A DNA stretch of 40,737 nucleotides from Atractiella rhizophila (lineage: Eukaryota): NCBI GenBank assembly GCA_021432655.1, contig MU271598.1, forward strand, positions 1 to 40,737, in the 5' to 3' direction. The notes below the pieces were generated by a model, which saw only the letters and a program-made list of their open reading frames with translations, made no database searches and had not been told where the DNA came from. Shown piece after piece: positions 10,388 through 21,554 of this stretch; position 1 is the stretch's first letter; each line of letters begins with the position of its first letter. The position numbers and the translations under genes are program-made.

Positions 10388-10885
10388 ACTCAGAACACCT
10401 CTTGGTTGGAGGGTGGAAGAGGGAGATGGATGGGTTTACATGCTGTGCAAAAAATTTGTTCGATCCAATGGGCGTTGCGTCGTGATTTGGAGAACCAACG
10501 AGAAGTATATAGGAAGAACCAGGGATGCATTTCGAAATCGAAAATAAGTTAGATAAAGAAGCGATCAAACAGTCAGCAACAATTCAATCACTCCACCACA
10601 CACCGACATCAACATCAGACCGACAAAGAGTGCTAAAGCGTATGCCATCAACTAGTCAACGCGAAAATCGAAAGTTGGGTATAGGTATTGAGTCCCGCTC
10701 CATCTCATGATATCATAAACATCAATAAAGAGAGAAAGATAAGATGGAATGATCCTCAATCCATGATATATCGGACAAAGGTATGATGATCCGGCAGGTA
10801 TGCCATCTATCACTAATTAGCGGCGGCACCCAGTTCCGCAAGTTGAGCGGAGAGACCGGCCTGTTCCACCATGAGCAGTCAGCAC

Positions 10886-11925
10886 TCAGCTCCGTTGTGA
10901 GAGTGCGGGAAGGGAGAAACCCACCATGCCCAGGACGAACTGATTGACAGTGTTCAAGACGCCATCAAGCTCATAAGACGCATTCGCACTCCCCTTCCCA
11001 GTCCCCGTAGGCTTTGCGCCGGACTTGGTACCCGTCGCACTCACAGTAGAGTTTCCGCTGGTGGTACCGCTGATGGTGGAGTTAAGGGAGGCGCTGGTGC
11101 TAATTACAGTGGAGCTCGACTTGGTGCTCGTCGTTGTGGGCTCCGGGGGAGGAGTGTACTTGGACGTGGACGTGGTTTTAGGCTGTGGCTTGTAGGACGT
11201 CGTTGGCTGTTCCTTCGAGCTGGTTGTCTTCGGTTTCGCCTTTGAGGTTGTCTTGGGCTCATCGTCATCCCCAGAGTCGTCGCCACCATCGTCTCCGGAA
11301 TCCGCCCCGACCACGGTCCAGCTCATCTGTCGATAATGTTGAGGGAAACACGGGCATAGATGCTGGGAGGAAACGTACGTGGAAGAGGCCGACGACTGGA
11401 TCTTCGAAGAAGTTGAAGAGAGAGGTAGACATGTCAAGTCCTCCGTACCCACAAGCTTCGCAAGCATCGACCACAACGGCGGTCTTAGACTTTCCTGGAG
11501 GAAATTGTGAATACAAGAGTGCAGAGAAGGGAGTGGCGAACCTTGGTATGTAATCTTTACAGTCTTCCCGCAGAAGGAAGAGCGAGCATCCGGGTTTCCA
11601 TATTGCTCAAAGTTGAGAGCTAGACCATCGCACCAGCTTAAGTCGTCAATTCGATGAAAGCAGAATAAGACATACCGACAACGGATTGAGTGTGCTTGTA
11701 GTATCCTCCGCAAGCGACTTCCGAGTCTGTCCATCCAAACTCCAATCAGCCAATCTCCACCACAACCACAATCAACACCAACGAACCTTCGACATCCCAG
11801 AAAGTTGCTTGACCACTGTACCCTCTCTTGGAGAGATGATGTCCATTGTGATATATCGGTAGATGCCCAGCGTTGACGAGAGTGACAGCCGCAAGAGCGA
11901 TAGAGGAGAAAGAGAGGAGTTGCAT
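10886..11925 (-). CDS. Secreted expansin-like / RlpA double-psi beta-barrel (loosenin-like) protein with Ser/Thr/Pro-rich tail
   Basis: Signal peptide MQLLSFSSIALAAVTLVNAG; spliced domain YSGQATFW..VACGGYYKHTQSVVALN..CGKTVKITYQGKSKTAVVVDACEACGYGGLDMSTSLF..MSW; then an acidic linker and an S/T-rich stalk ending in a hydrophobic stretch. Confidence 0.85.
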
Positions 11926-12399
11926 TGTTCAAAGATCGTATCTTCCGGTTCGGTGATACTGGTGTGGCTCTGGAGATTTACAAAAGAGTGGATGGGCTTG
12001 AAAGAGTGAGATACTGCAACAACAACCGTCAGAAATTATGCCTAGCTTCACGCTGAGGATGGAAGGGAGGCAAAGGGAAAAAAGAGATGGAAAGGTGTGG
12101 GGAATTTATAGCTCCGTTTGGCGCGGGCAAACGACGCTCGACCAACCTCGGTGCTACGTCTAATCCGCTCCAACATGCCTTCGGCAAATGTAGTGCCGCA
12201 CGGTTCCATTCTTGAGCGCCTGACTGTTTCACCGATTCAGGCCAGAAAAGTTTGGTGGATAACTGAAGATGCCACAGGGCCTGCGGGGTAATACAGACGA
12301 TGGCGATCAACAGAAGGAAATAGAAACGGTTGAAAATGCTTTGCCGTTCAACGGTTGCTATATGCATGATACCATCTAAGCTGCGAGCTCCAAGCCCCA

Positions 12400-13243
12400 A
12401 GTGGCTGGATTCAGGAGCTTTCGTGAAGAAAGACTTGCAAAGGCAAACTGCGATGAGTTGAACAGGAATACGCTGACGAAAATCGAAAGGACAAAGGAGA
12501 TAAGAGCACTAGATAAAATACTGACCACTGGCAGCCAGGAAGTTCTTGTGGTATACACCCTAATAAACAACGTAGCCTGAACTGCTGCAGAGCTACACCG
12601 ACCGAGAGAGAGTCAAGAGAGAGTGGAAGGTTGGAAACGGAGGTGGTCGTTTTGATCACGTTTTCGAAGATACCCCCACAAGGTTCCGCAAAAAGAAAAG
12701 AAAAATCTGGCAACAGCATCAACGAATGTTTCATATCATGGGTATAGGAACGTCAGGCGCTACAGCAAGCGTTGAAGGTTTCGCAGGAGTGGAGAGAATA
12801 TGAAGAGCCTGATGAAGAATGGGATATCACAAAAGGGATTTCAATCGAAGAAAGAATGAAGCACACAAGTTGGTGCGCAATCCTCTTCTTCCTGTGATGG
12901 GTGAGCTTTTCCTTCATATTCCTAAGCCAAAGGACACAGTCATCTACTGGAGGTGCTATATGATGAAACCAAGTCGAAAGTGGGAATCTCTCCTATTCAA
13001 ATCGTGAGGAAACCACAATTACTTTCTTTTCTGAAAGCCCTTCCACCATTCCGATGGAATGTGGAAAGAGAAGACTGCGTCTTTTGGCTTTTCAAGATGT
13101 ATGAGGGATTGGCTAATTGTTTGATGGGAGTAGATACATCTGCTTTTGACTGTGGCCGTTGGAACGATATAAAGCCATTCTTTCCTTGGCTTTGGGTAAT
13201 CGTAACCATCTCCCGAGGATGTAGTCCCTGCTGTATGAAATAA
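12400..13243 (+). CDS. Hypothetical multi-exon protein (boundaries approximate, may be degenerate)
   Basis: Purine-rich open stretches (e.g. ERQALQQALKVSQEWREYEEPDEEWDITKG; ORF 12953-13243) separated by GT..AG segments. No family recognised. Confidence 0.3.
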
Positions 13244-14029
13244 ATTTATTGTTCTCCCTCAATTTACAGCACATGATTGAGGAGCTACTCAAGGAACACA
13301 TTGGGTTGAGTCTGCTCTGTAGTGGCAGTATTTCGAAACGCGAGGGTACGCCTTGAGCATTAAATGCATTTCACGTCTTGTTTTTTCGAGGTCACACAAC
13401 CTGCTTCAGAGTTGCGCATATATTAGCTTCTACTCGCTGCCTGGCAGTGACGTGGCGATAGCACACCTTGCTGATTCAGGGAGGTCTTTGACGTGCCAAC
13501 TATCTTTTTATTATAGTCTCTCCGGAGCGAGAAGCCGCTCAAACACAATATCAGAACTGATCAAAAATGCAAACTACGAATAGGCTGATTTGGCCGAAAG
13601 AATCACAGCGCAATATTGTCTTTCATGACCTTCCGCTCCGCTTCCTTGAGGACCGGCAGAACTTCTGATCGATAGCGTCCTCTACAGAATCATCTCAAGC
13701 TCAAGGAAAGAGTTGAGACACTTTGGGGGAAAGAGCAAGCAATGAAATGAGGAGGACGCCCCCACCCGCCTCATTTTCGTTCCCTTCACAGTTTCCGGTT
13801 AAGTCATGAAGTATAGAATGTTTTTTTTTCTTCAGGCTGCAAAGTTGTTAAACGCGTGGCGGAGTTGACGGGAGTGACGATTCCATACTTTCGGGTCACG
13901 TGTGGTGTCCAAACAACGGTCCTTGTTAACGGATCCTTCCTTCTTACCCTTGGACCCTGAGACATAAGTACAAAACCACTCGCTAATATTTTTTGCGATA
14001 GAGGTTACAGCGTACGCGGTCTTCTTTTG

Positions 14030-15470
14030 CCGATGCTGGACCCTAAGGCTGAAACTATCTCTGTTGAGTTTCTTTTGTTTTTCTTGCCTCTTATCATCCC
14101 CCCATGTTCCAACACGATACAGTGGACTCTGATCATTCCAAACTGTCCGTGACCAAGATAAAGTGAGCTCGAATCTCCTTGTTCAGGTTAAGTTCGGTAA
14201 GTTTTGCACGTGTATCTACTTGGGCACAAACTAAGAAACTTCAGCGGCTTAGGCTTCAATTGATCCGGTATTGGGTGAAGTCTCCTTTGCAACCTCCTTC
14301 CCGAATTAGAGGGACCCAGCGATGACTGTCGAGATATAAGACACCCTGCCCATGATCCTCCTTTATCTGCTCCTCGACAGCTCGATTACCCTCTGGAGCA
14401 ACCTAAAGCTAGATTGACACCATGAGAAGGAAACTAGGTGAGTTGCCTGGAAACATGGCGGAGGCACCTTTACTTCAGATATTGGTATATAACCTCTATG
14501 GTCACGGTGTGTGTTTTCCTCCGTCAGTTTAACCCTCTATCTGACGTTACTCCTCTTCCAGCAGCCAATGTTCCTACCCCTTCTCCTCCTCCTTCGCACG
14601 TCGAAGGTACCCTCACAGCAACTTCTCGTAAGTAGCTTCTTGAGTTAAATTCATCTCTTAACCGGCCTTCGTCTGGATATTTGCTAGTTTAGCTGTTCCC
14701 ATAGCTGTGACTAGTTATTCTCCCCCTCCTATAGCAAACTTGGCACATTGTGGGCTATTTCTCTTTCCCAAAGCTATTTTTCACCCTTCCCCAGCATCGT
14801 CAGTTCAAGTCATCGCGACTTCCGCACAGCTGCCGTCTGCGTCCGTTGCTCCTGCTACACCTCAGACTGTTGCTCTCGTTCCTTCTGCCTCTCCTTCCCC
14901 AACGGCTGCTATACCCGCAGCTGATACATCCAGCTCACCTGCTCCTCACAATACTCTCGCTGTCGGTTCGAGTCCTACTCTGGGAAGTAAGTCCTTTTCC
15001 CTAAATATGTTGCCAATTCTTCAACTAACACCAATTTTAGCCGTTGCTCTTGTCCCCGCTCAGGCCTGGCAGCTACCGATCTATTTCTCTGATTTCTCTC
15101 CCTCGAGTAGGTAAGGGCCCATTGCTCAAGCACTGTTTAACATTTTATTCCTGTGGACAGCTTTCGTTTTTGCCGCCGACCCCTCTATTACCCCTCAGGT
15201 GATTTTTATCAACCCGAATGTCTCAGGTGTAGCAATGGGAAGGACGAGTGGGTCAATCCTCTTTTTTTTGCACCAATCGCTCAAGCTTGTTTCTTAGACT
15301 TCTAAGCCACATGGTTTCCATACTCACGAAAACGACTATAACTATTTATCTAGCCCAGAGTTTTGCCATTTCTTGTCTATTTTTGCATGGGACAGTTGGA
15401 ACTGAAGAAAGTTGCCTTTTTCGAGTGGGATTGCAGAAGTATCATCTGTCGTCTTACTACATGAGTTAAA
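14030..15470 (+). pseudogene. Possible degenerate multi-intron gene with Ser/Pro/Ala-rich exons
   Basis: Many donor and acceptor-like signals (GTGAGC, GTAAGT, GTGAGT; TTCAG, CTAAC) and low-complexity S/P/A open stretches at ~14530-14630 and ~14790-14990. I could not join them into a stop-free model. Confidence 0.25.
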
Positions 15471-15680
15471 CATGGTGTATTTGTTGGTTGTCTCGATGAA
15501 GCTGCTGCAATGCGAAATGTCGTTTTCTTTACTGCATTCTCCCTCTTCCTACTCGTAGTCTGCAGTCAACAGAACTGGAACACGTGAAGCGGAAACTTTC
15601 GACGTTTGACCTTTTGGGAACTGAACACCTAAGTATATTTCGCATTCATTGTTACAAAGCTTTTGTATTACATTCAACTT

Positions 15681-17942
15681 TCAATTCGATGATTTTAATC
15701 CGACGACATAATCTGAGGCAGCTTTGTTGTGATAACTCCCTCGAATCGGCCCTTCATCCACAATTTTGAGTTCTCCAAGCTGTTCCCCAAAGCGAAGGAT
15801 CTCCTCCAAGTAGAGCTCGAACCGTTTCTCAAAGGAAGCGAGGCACCCAGCTTTGTTTTCCTCGTTCAGCTCAGAATACTGCTTCCCATCAGCTAATCTC
15901 CTGATCGGTGGAACGAAGACACACCTCAATGCTTTGGCGTGCAAGCTTCTTCAAAGCAAACAGATCCGTCTGCCGCGATCCTTGCAGTACCTGATAAAAG
16001 TCGAACGACAAGCCAACATTCTGTATCTGACCGCCATCATCGCTACTTAGTGCACATTTAATGCCGTGATTGAAGAGAATGGGATAGGGCTAAAGGGGCC
16101 AAATGTGAGTTCGAAGAAGAGATAGTTGGGAAGACAGGACGAACATGCGTGGGCACTGTTCCAGAGAATCGCAGAACTTCGTTCGATATGGGACACACTT
16201 CTAGCACTAGACGCAAGATTGAGCTATCCAAAGTGAAAGGATAAAATGCTCACGAATGTCTTTGTCCTTTACCATCTGCATGAGGACCGGGTGTTTGACA
16301 AGCGAAGTCCTGCTTCTCTTTCAGTGGTGATGAACGAAGTGGGGAGGTACGAACCCGTGTCCTATCCGCTTAGAGCCAAGCAGTAAAGCATCATATAAAT
16401 TTTGATCTGATGCATCCCCGTCCCCTTTCTATTGATCGTTTAGCCTGCGTTACTGAATAAAGCAAAGAGACGCACAGTTTCGCCAGCGTGCAAGATGAGA
16501 GGTATGTCCAAGTTCGCTTCTTTGACAGTATTCTTAAACCAAAGGAAATCCTCGACGTAGTCGATGAGATTCCGCAACTCATCTGTGAAGTCTGGATTGT
16601 CTTTTTGGTCAGGTCCAAGAGGGAAGAACCAACCTTCTTTCCCAATGAGATCGAAACCGCAAATCAGCTCTGGGAAGCGTTGTTTCATTTCGATGCAATT
16701 GCGCATGAACTTCCTCATCTCCTCTCCCGGAGGGATAGTCTGCACTTTCTCAGTGCGTATTGCTGTGCATTAAGGAGGGGACTGACCTTCATGGAAGAAT
16801 AAATGAGTTTGAATCCCCATAAAAGCTCCTCCTCTCCACGTAATGCAAGCTCCTTCTTCACCTTCTCATACGCAGCAGCAAAGAGTTCGTAAGGATATGC
16901 CGTATCCAAAACCTGCTCGCCATCGGCATTCGTCATGTTGAAGATGAACAGGAGTGCTCTAGTCTCTACATGGCTTATTTCGTCCTACAAGCCGATGTAT
17001 CCTCCATCAATCTCTACTTTGAGTCTGTAACAGATGAACGACATACTTCTACACAGGTTCTCAAAATCGCCGCTAAATAATCCTGGAGTATCGGTCCATA
17101 GCACAACAAATTATATCCTATCATGAAGACGTATTCGAAGTGCGACCAGACCTGAGCCGAGCTCATCTTCTCACTAGGCATGATCCACGGATGGAACATG
17201 ATTTTGTCGACTAGGTACTTCTTAAACGCGTCCTCCTTTCCGCCACCGCCAAAGCATTGTTGAGCCAGCTTCAGAGGAATAAAAGATCCTGGAGAATAAG
17301 AGGGGGAAGAAACGTCCCATTCCACCTTACGGATGTCGCCAGAGAAGCTTGAGAGATATGGGGAGGAAGGAGGAAACACTTTGAAGGTAAACGGAACGTC
17401 TGTCGCTAACAGATAGGGGATATCTAGAGTTGAGAGCTTCTCTGGGGTGAGTAAGGATGGGAACGAAATGCAGACGTTCGGATATGTGAGCGCGATGTCG
17501 ATTAGGCCTTCTTGAGAGAGCGTCGCATCAAAGTGAGTGTGCAGCAGCGCGCCTTTCGGCATCTGAACAAGGATCAGCTAGAATTCGTCACAGAAAGCAT
17601 GTGCACCTTCTTAATAATGCTAAATAATTTCGAAGACAAGATTTTTTCTCGAGATCTGTAATAGCATCTCAGCAAGCAGCTGACACAAATGAAGAATTGG
17701 ACAAACGGTAAAAAGGGCTGTCCAGGCTCATCTTCCCAAAGTTGTTGGTTCTCATGATCCCTAATCTTCTCTATGATGTCTCTTGCACGTTGCTCTTTCT
17801 CATTCAGAGCTGTACATATTCAAGATAATCAGGACACTATTAATCTCTAGATCTGGGAGAATGAACCTTTCAAATCAGAGGCAAAATGAAGTGCCCTTTC
17901 TTTGGCAAGCAATGCATCGCGATTTCGACGATATTCCTCCAT
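15681..17942 (-). CDS. Adenosine deaminase, ADGF/CECR1(ADA2)-like, multi-exon
   Basis: Motifs MPKGALLHTHFDA, GFDLIGKE, LHAGET, LGSKRIGHG, EVCPISNEVL and ALSSDD (metal-binding and catalytic residues present); N-terminal MEEYRRNRDALLAKERAL. The start could be one exon further upstream (~18030). Confidence 0.9.
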
Positions 17943-18263
17943 GTCTATATGTGAGGGTCAGCAGAGAGAATGTTGAACGACGGGTTCTGGTGATTCTGCG
18001 AAATCCGCAGATCCAAATCAACCAAGGCATTAAGTAGTCCTCGGCAAGAGACCCACTTGCTTGTAGACTTGCGCGAGCTTCGAGCTTGCTGACTCGGAGC
18101 TCAACCTTGCCCAATTCACAATTCACCTCCTCTCAGAAGTTTCAGATGGGAAGCCGTTACCTCCTTTTGGGCCGATATATCGCTGATGGATGAGCTCTCT
18201 AGTAGCCACAAGGCTCTTACGTCTTACGCCTTGGGTGGTGGAAACTTTGTCCAAGTTGGGATT

Positions 18264-18300
18264 GGCGCGTCACGTCGATACGCGCTCACGCGCGCGACTC
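18264..18300. promoter_or_regulatory. Cluster of ACGCG (MCB-like) cores in the divergent promoter between the deaminase and FHA genes
   Basis: GGCGCGTCACGTCGATACGCGCTCACGCGCGCGACTC holds three ACGCG cores in 37 bp, ~90-125 nt upstream of the FHA gene ATG. Confidence 0.35.
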
Positions 18301-18389
18301 CTCACTTTGCGCTTCCGATCTCGGCGCAGCACTGACAAGTGGGGACCTGCTCACAACCCTCCTTCCAACAACCACAGAAGGCGACCACC

Positions 18390-21113
18390 ATGGCTACTTT
18401 GACCCTCAGACACTTACATAGCGATCAGACCTTTTATTACACTTCGTACGTCTCTCATCTTTGATGTGCGAAGGAAACTGATCGGAGATCATTCATGATA
18501 GGGACGATGGACCTGTTGTTTTTGGAAGAGCGTATAGGGACAATAGGGAGACAGAGAAGGAGTCTCTGGGAAAATTTAGGCTAGATGGATGTGATGTTAT
18601 GAGCCGCAATCATGCCAGGTTGGAGTGGAAAGATGACAAGGTGAGCGCTTTCCCCTTGGAGATGGAATCGGAAAGCGGCCTGTGTTTGGTGCCGACGGAG
18701 TTTTGTTTCGCTTGTGTTATTTGTACGAGCATAGGACCTCCTCGTCCGTGCAGTCATGCTCATTTCTTTGCTTGAAACTCTGTTCATCGTCCACTCAGTC
18801 GCTCGCTGGAATCATTTCTGTCTGCTTCTACGAGCTTGTTCCTTTGTTTCTACCTGTGGGACACTGCCATTATTCTCCCTCATACGGACTCAGTTGCTCC
18901 ATACCTGTCCAAGTTTGCTTTGGTGGCAAAATGAGTCAAGGTGTACTGTGTTGCTATTTTATTCTGAAGATGGGTTATCCTCAAATCACAGCGAAGGGGC
19001 TGGCTGAATATGGGCGGAGAGTGTTGGCCTCGACGTTTTAATTCTTATCATTTGCAGACACGATTGATTTTTCTCTCGCTTCTCGAAGAAGAGAGTTGAA
19101 GCGCGAGTTTCCAGCAGTGTTGCGGTCAGTGGTCTCTTTGATATGAGTTTCCTCGTAGAAGTAGAATATACTTTTTCTGCGTGTGTTAGAAAGGCTGTTG
19201 CAGATCTAGGAGCAAGATGGAGCTCTCTTACTTGTGAATGCTCTATACAGTATCACTTCTGGTACTTCCGTCTGCTCTTTATAGTTCAACGAGTTTGCAT
19301 GCGTTCGTGTCTCTTCGGAACATTTTATCAGGTCAGGCTTGGACTATGGTAGTGGGTATGGCCTGATTCATTGACTGTTTTAAGACAAGCGGGAATTAAC
19401 CCGAGATTTTTGCCTTGCTCTACGGTCTATCAAATGGGTCAGGCTACCCAATTGAGAAACCAAAAGTAGAAGAATTCTTTGGAATTACATTTCCCTTGGG
19501 GTTATGAGCAGTTTCCTTTGATGAATCTGGTTCTGATCTGTTGGGGTACAAATACTCAATAACATTCTTCTGTAGCCCCACCTTACCGATCTAGCCTCAA
19601 CGCACGGCACGTACCTCATCGATGAAAACGATGTTCATATTCAAACTCTCATCCCCAATCACTCTTATCCGCTTCATAACGGCCAAATCATCAGATGGGG
19701 CAAGCGCATAGAGTCGCGAGCCCTCCCAGCCATTGATCCAATCGAGATGCGGGTTCAAGTGCATGACGCAGGATACGGAATGCAGTGGCTGCCTGAGGAG
19801 TCGGACGAGGACGATCCGATTGAAGAGTACGAGCGAGGGGCATTCGCAGCTGGCCCTCCCTCATCCGTTGTCGAGACTCTGGAACGACTGGCGGATCGTC
19901 CCATGATTAGGCATTACTCGCCACCTCGTTTCGTATCGTCCATCAACAATACTGCCTTCTTGCCTAATCCTGCCATGTTCGCACCGGTGACCACGTCCAT
20001 GGACATGCAGGCCGCTCCCTCTTTCATGGACATAGAAGGACCAGATTTTGAAGAGATTGTTCACGGGGAAGGGGAGTCTATTGATCGGACAAAGAAGAAA
20101 TTCGCTGCCATCGACTATAGCCATTTCGATTTCAAGTTCATGTATGACATACCCTTTGTGTCTCCTCCGCGGCAACCCATAACCGAGTCGTTGGCCCCTC
20201 TGCAGCCGAGAAGCCCTTCTCCTCCGTCAAGCTGGGAAAACTTGTCTCCCCCTGGTTCTTCCCTTCCTACCCTTGAGAAGGACCAACAATCGTCTGTGGA
20301 TGGAGACGTGTCGGAAGTATATGAAACCTGCCCGAAGACTCTACCGAATATTGACCTCACGAAAGACTCTGAGGACGACGGCGGCATGGAGGAAGTTAAT
20401 GAAACAGCGGAGTCAGTACAAGACGTGCCCAACGTACTTCCTCCTGTTCAAGTTTGTCTCTTCTTCTCCATGTTCTCCAACTCACCTATCATTTAGATGG
20501 AACTGGAGGCATCCATTTTACCTGCTCATCCAACGGTTATCACCATCGATGGAACGGAAGAACCTGAAGCTGTCCCTGAATTACCTCAAACGCCACCTAC
20601 TATTCCTATTCAACTCGCGACTCCGCCAACTACCACAGAACGTAATGCGGTTATCCTGGATGTGGAACTTTCTTCGAGGATCCAACCTGAAGCTGCTGAA
20701 GCTACTACCCCTAATGGCGACTTGGAACCTATTGTTAAGGACCAACCAGTACGCATTTCCTTTCCTCTCAGGTCAGACATCTAATGAGAACTCAGTTGCT
20801 TCCTGAAGAGCCACAAGTCCCAGAAGTCTTTGCGGGTGAACCAGCTTCAGTCGACGACATCCCTTCTCAAGTTACTCCACACACTCTGAAGCGGAAGCAT
20901 TCAGCTATGGAGGCGGATGAAGGTGACGAGCCATTCAACCTCAATACGCAGAATCAAGTGCAGCCGGAGCAAGTGAGGCAAATTAAACGACCAAAGTGGA
21001 AGAGAGCGCTAGAGCTCACCAGTGCTGGGATGGCTGGGGCTGTTGTAGGAGCTTCAGGAATGTTGGCTACCCTGCTGTGGCTGGGAAGCGACGAAGATGC
21101 TATGCAGGTCTAA
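18390..21113 (+). CDS. FHA-domain protein with acidic/Pro-rich disordered middle and C-terminal transmembrane anchor
   Basis: Spliced N-terminus ..GPVVFGRAY..GCDVMSRNHARLEWKDDK|PHLTDLASTHGTYL..LHNGQIIRWG contains the FHA signature (GR, SRxHA, DLxSxxGT). The C-terminus GMAGAVVGASGMLATLLWLG is hydrophobic. Intron 2 spans 18641-19575. Confidence 0.85.
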
Positions 21114-21554
21114 GCGTTGTGAATGAAGTGTGGGTATGAACGGTTGTGTTCTTCCGTTTCCGATAGTATTAGCATGTGTTATCAAAAACACCTTTCCTCA
21201 TTCGCTAGAGCAATCCTGAAGGGATAAAGTTTGCCTGGCAGCTGCAAATCGTACCTTTTTGTTTCATGTCACCATGCCATGTTTTTTATGAATGCGTGTT
21301 CCCCTTCCACACCAGCTCAGTCCTCGTCAGTCCTCGTCAGACTCTCAGATTCAGTCGTCTTTCTCCCCAATGTGTGTATTCAAAGTATGAATGTATGAAG
21401 TAACTGGGAATAACTGAGAAATCAATTTGTATTACCTAACGTCATAATTCCAGCCATTGCACTTTGTTGCTACCGTACCATGCATCATGGATCCACAAAA
21501 ACTCAAACTCTTCCGCCTCTCTATCGATTTAGTTATCCGAGGATTTTTTTCCTC

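Larger units (their letters stand above)
8396..10452. repeat. Direct tandem duplication of two ~1.03-kb units (8396-9423 and 9424-10452)
   Basis: AATTTCCACAACGACTCGACATTCTTTCACTCAAGGGCACGACCTC starts at both 8396 and 9424. Both units end in ...GGATGGGTTTACATGCTGTGCA. They are highly similar throughout, with scattered substitutions and small indels. Confidence 0.98.

Noticed and set aside
8396..10452. The 1-kb direct repeats as LTRs or a transposon
   Set aside because: The units are directly adjacent, with no internal retroelement ORFs, TG..CA ends or terminal inverted repeats; the content is a housekeeping gene.
19390..19510. TAACCC / TTGGGGTT in the long FHA intron as a possible telomerase RNA template
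   Set aside because: There is no 1.5-repeat TAACCCTAA template on either strand; the matches are short enough to be chance.
21316..21360. Short TCAGTCCTCG tandem repeat
   Set aside because: Two to three degenerate copies in a 3' intergenic region; ordinary slippage, not a CRISPR-like or functional array.
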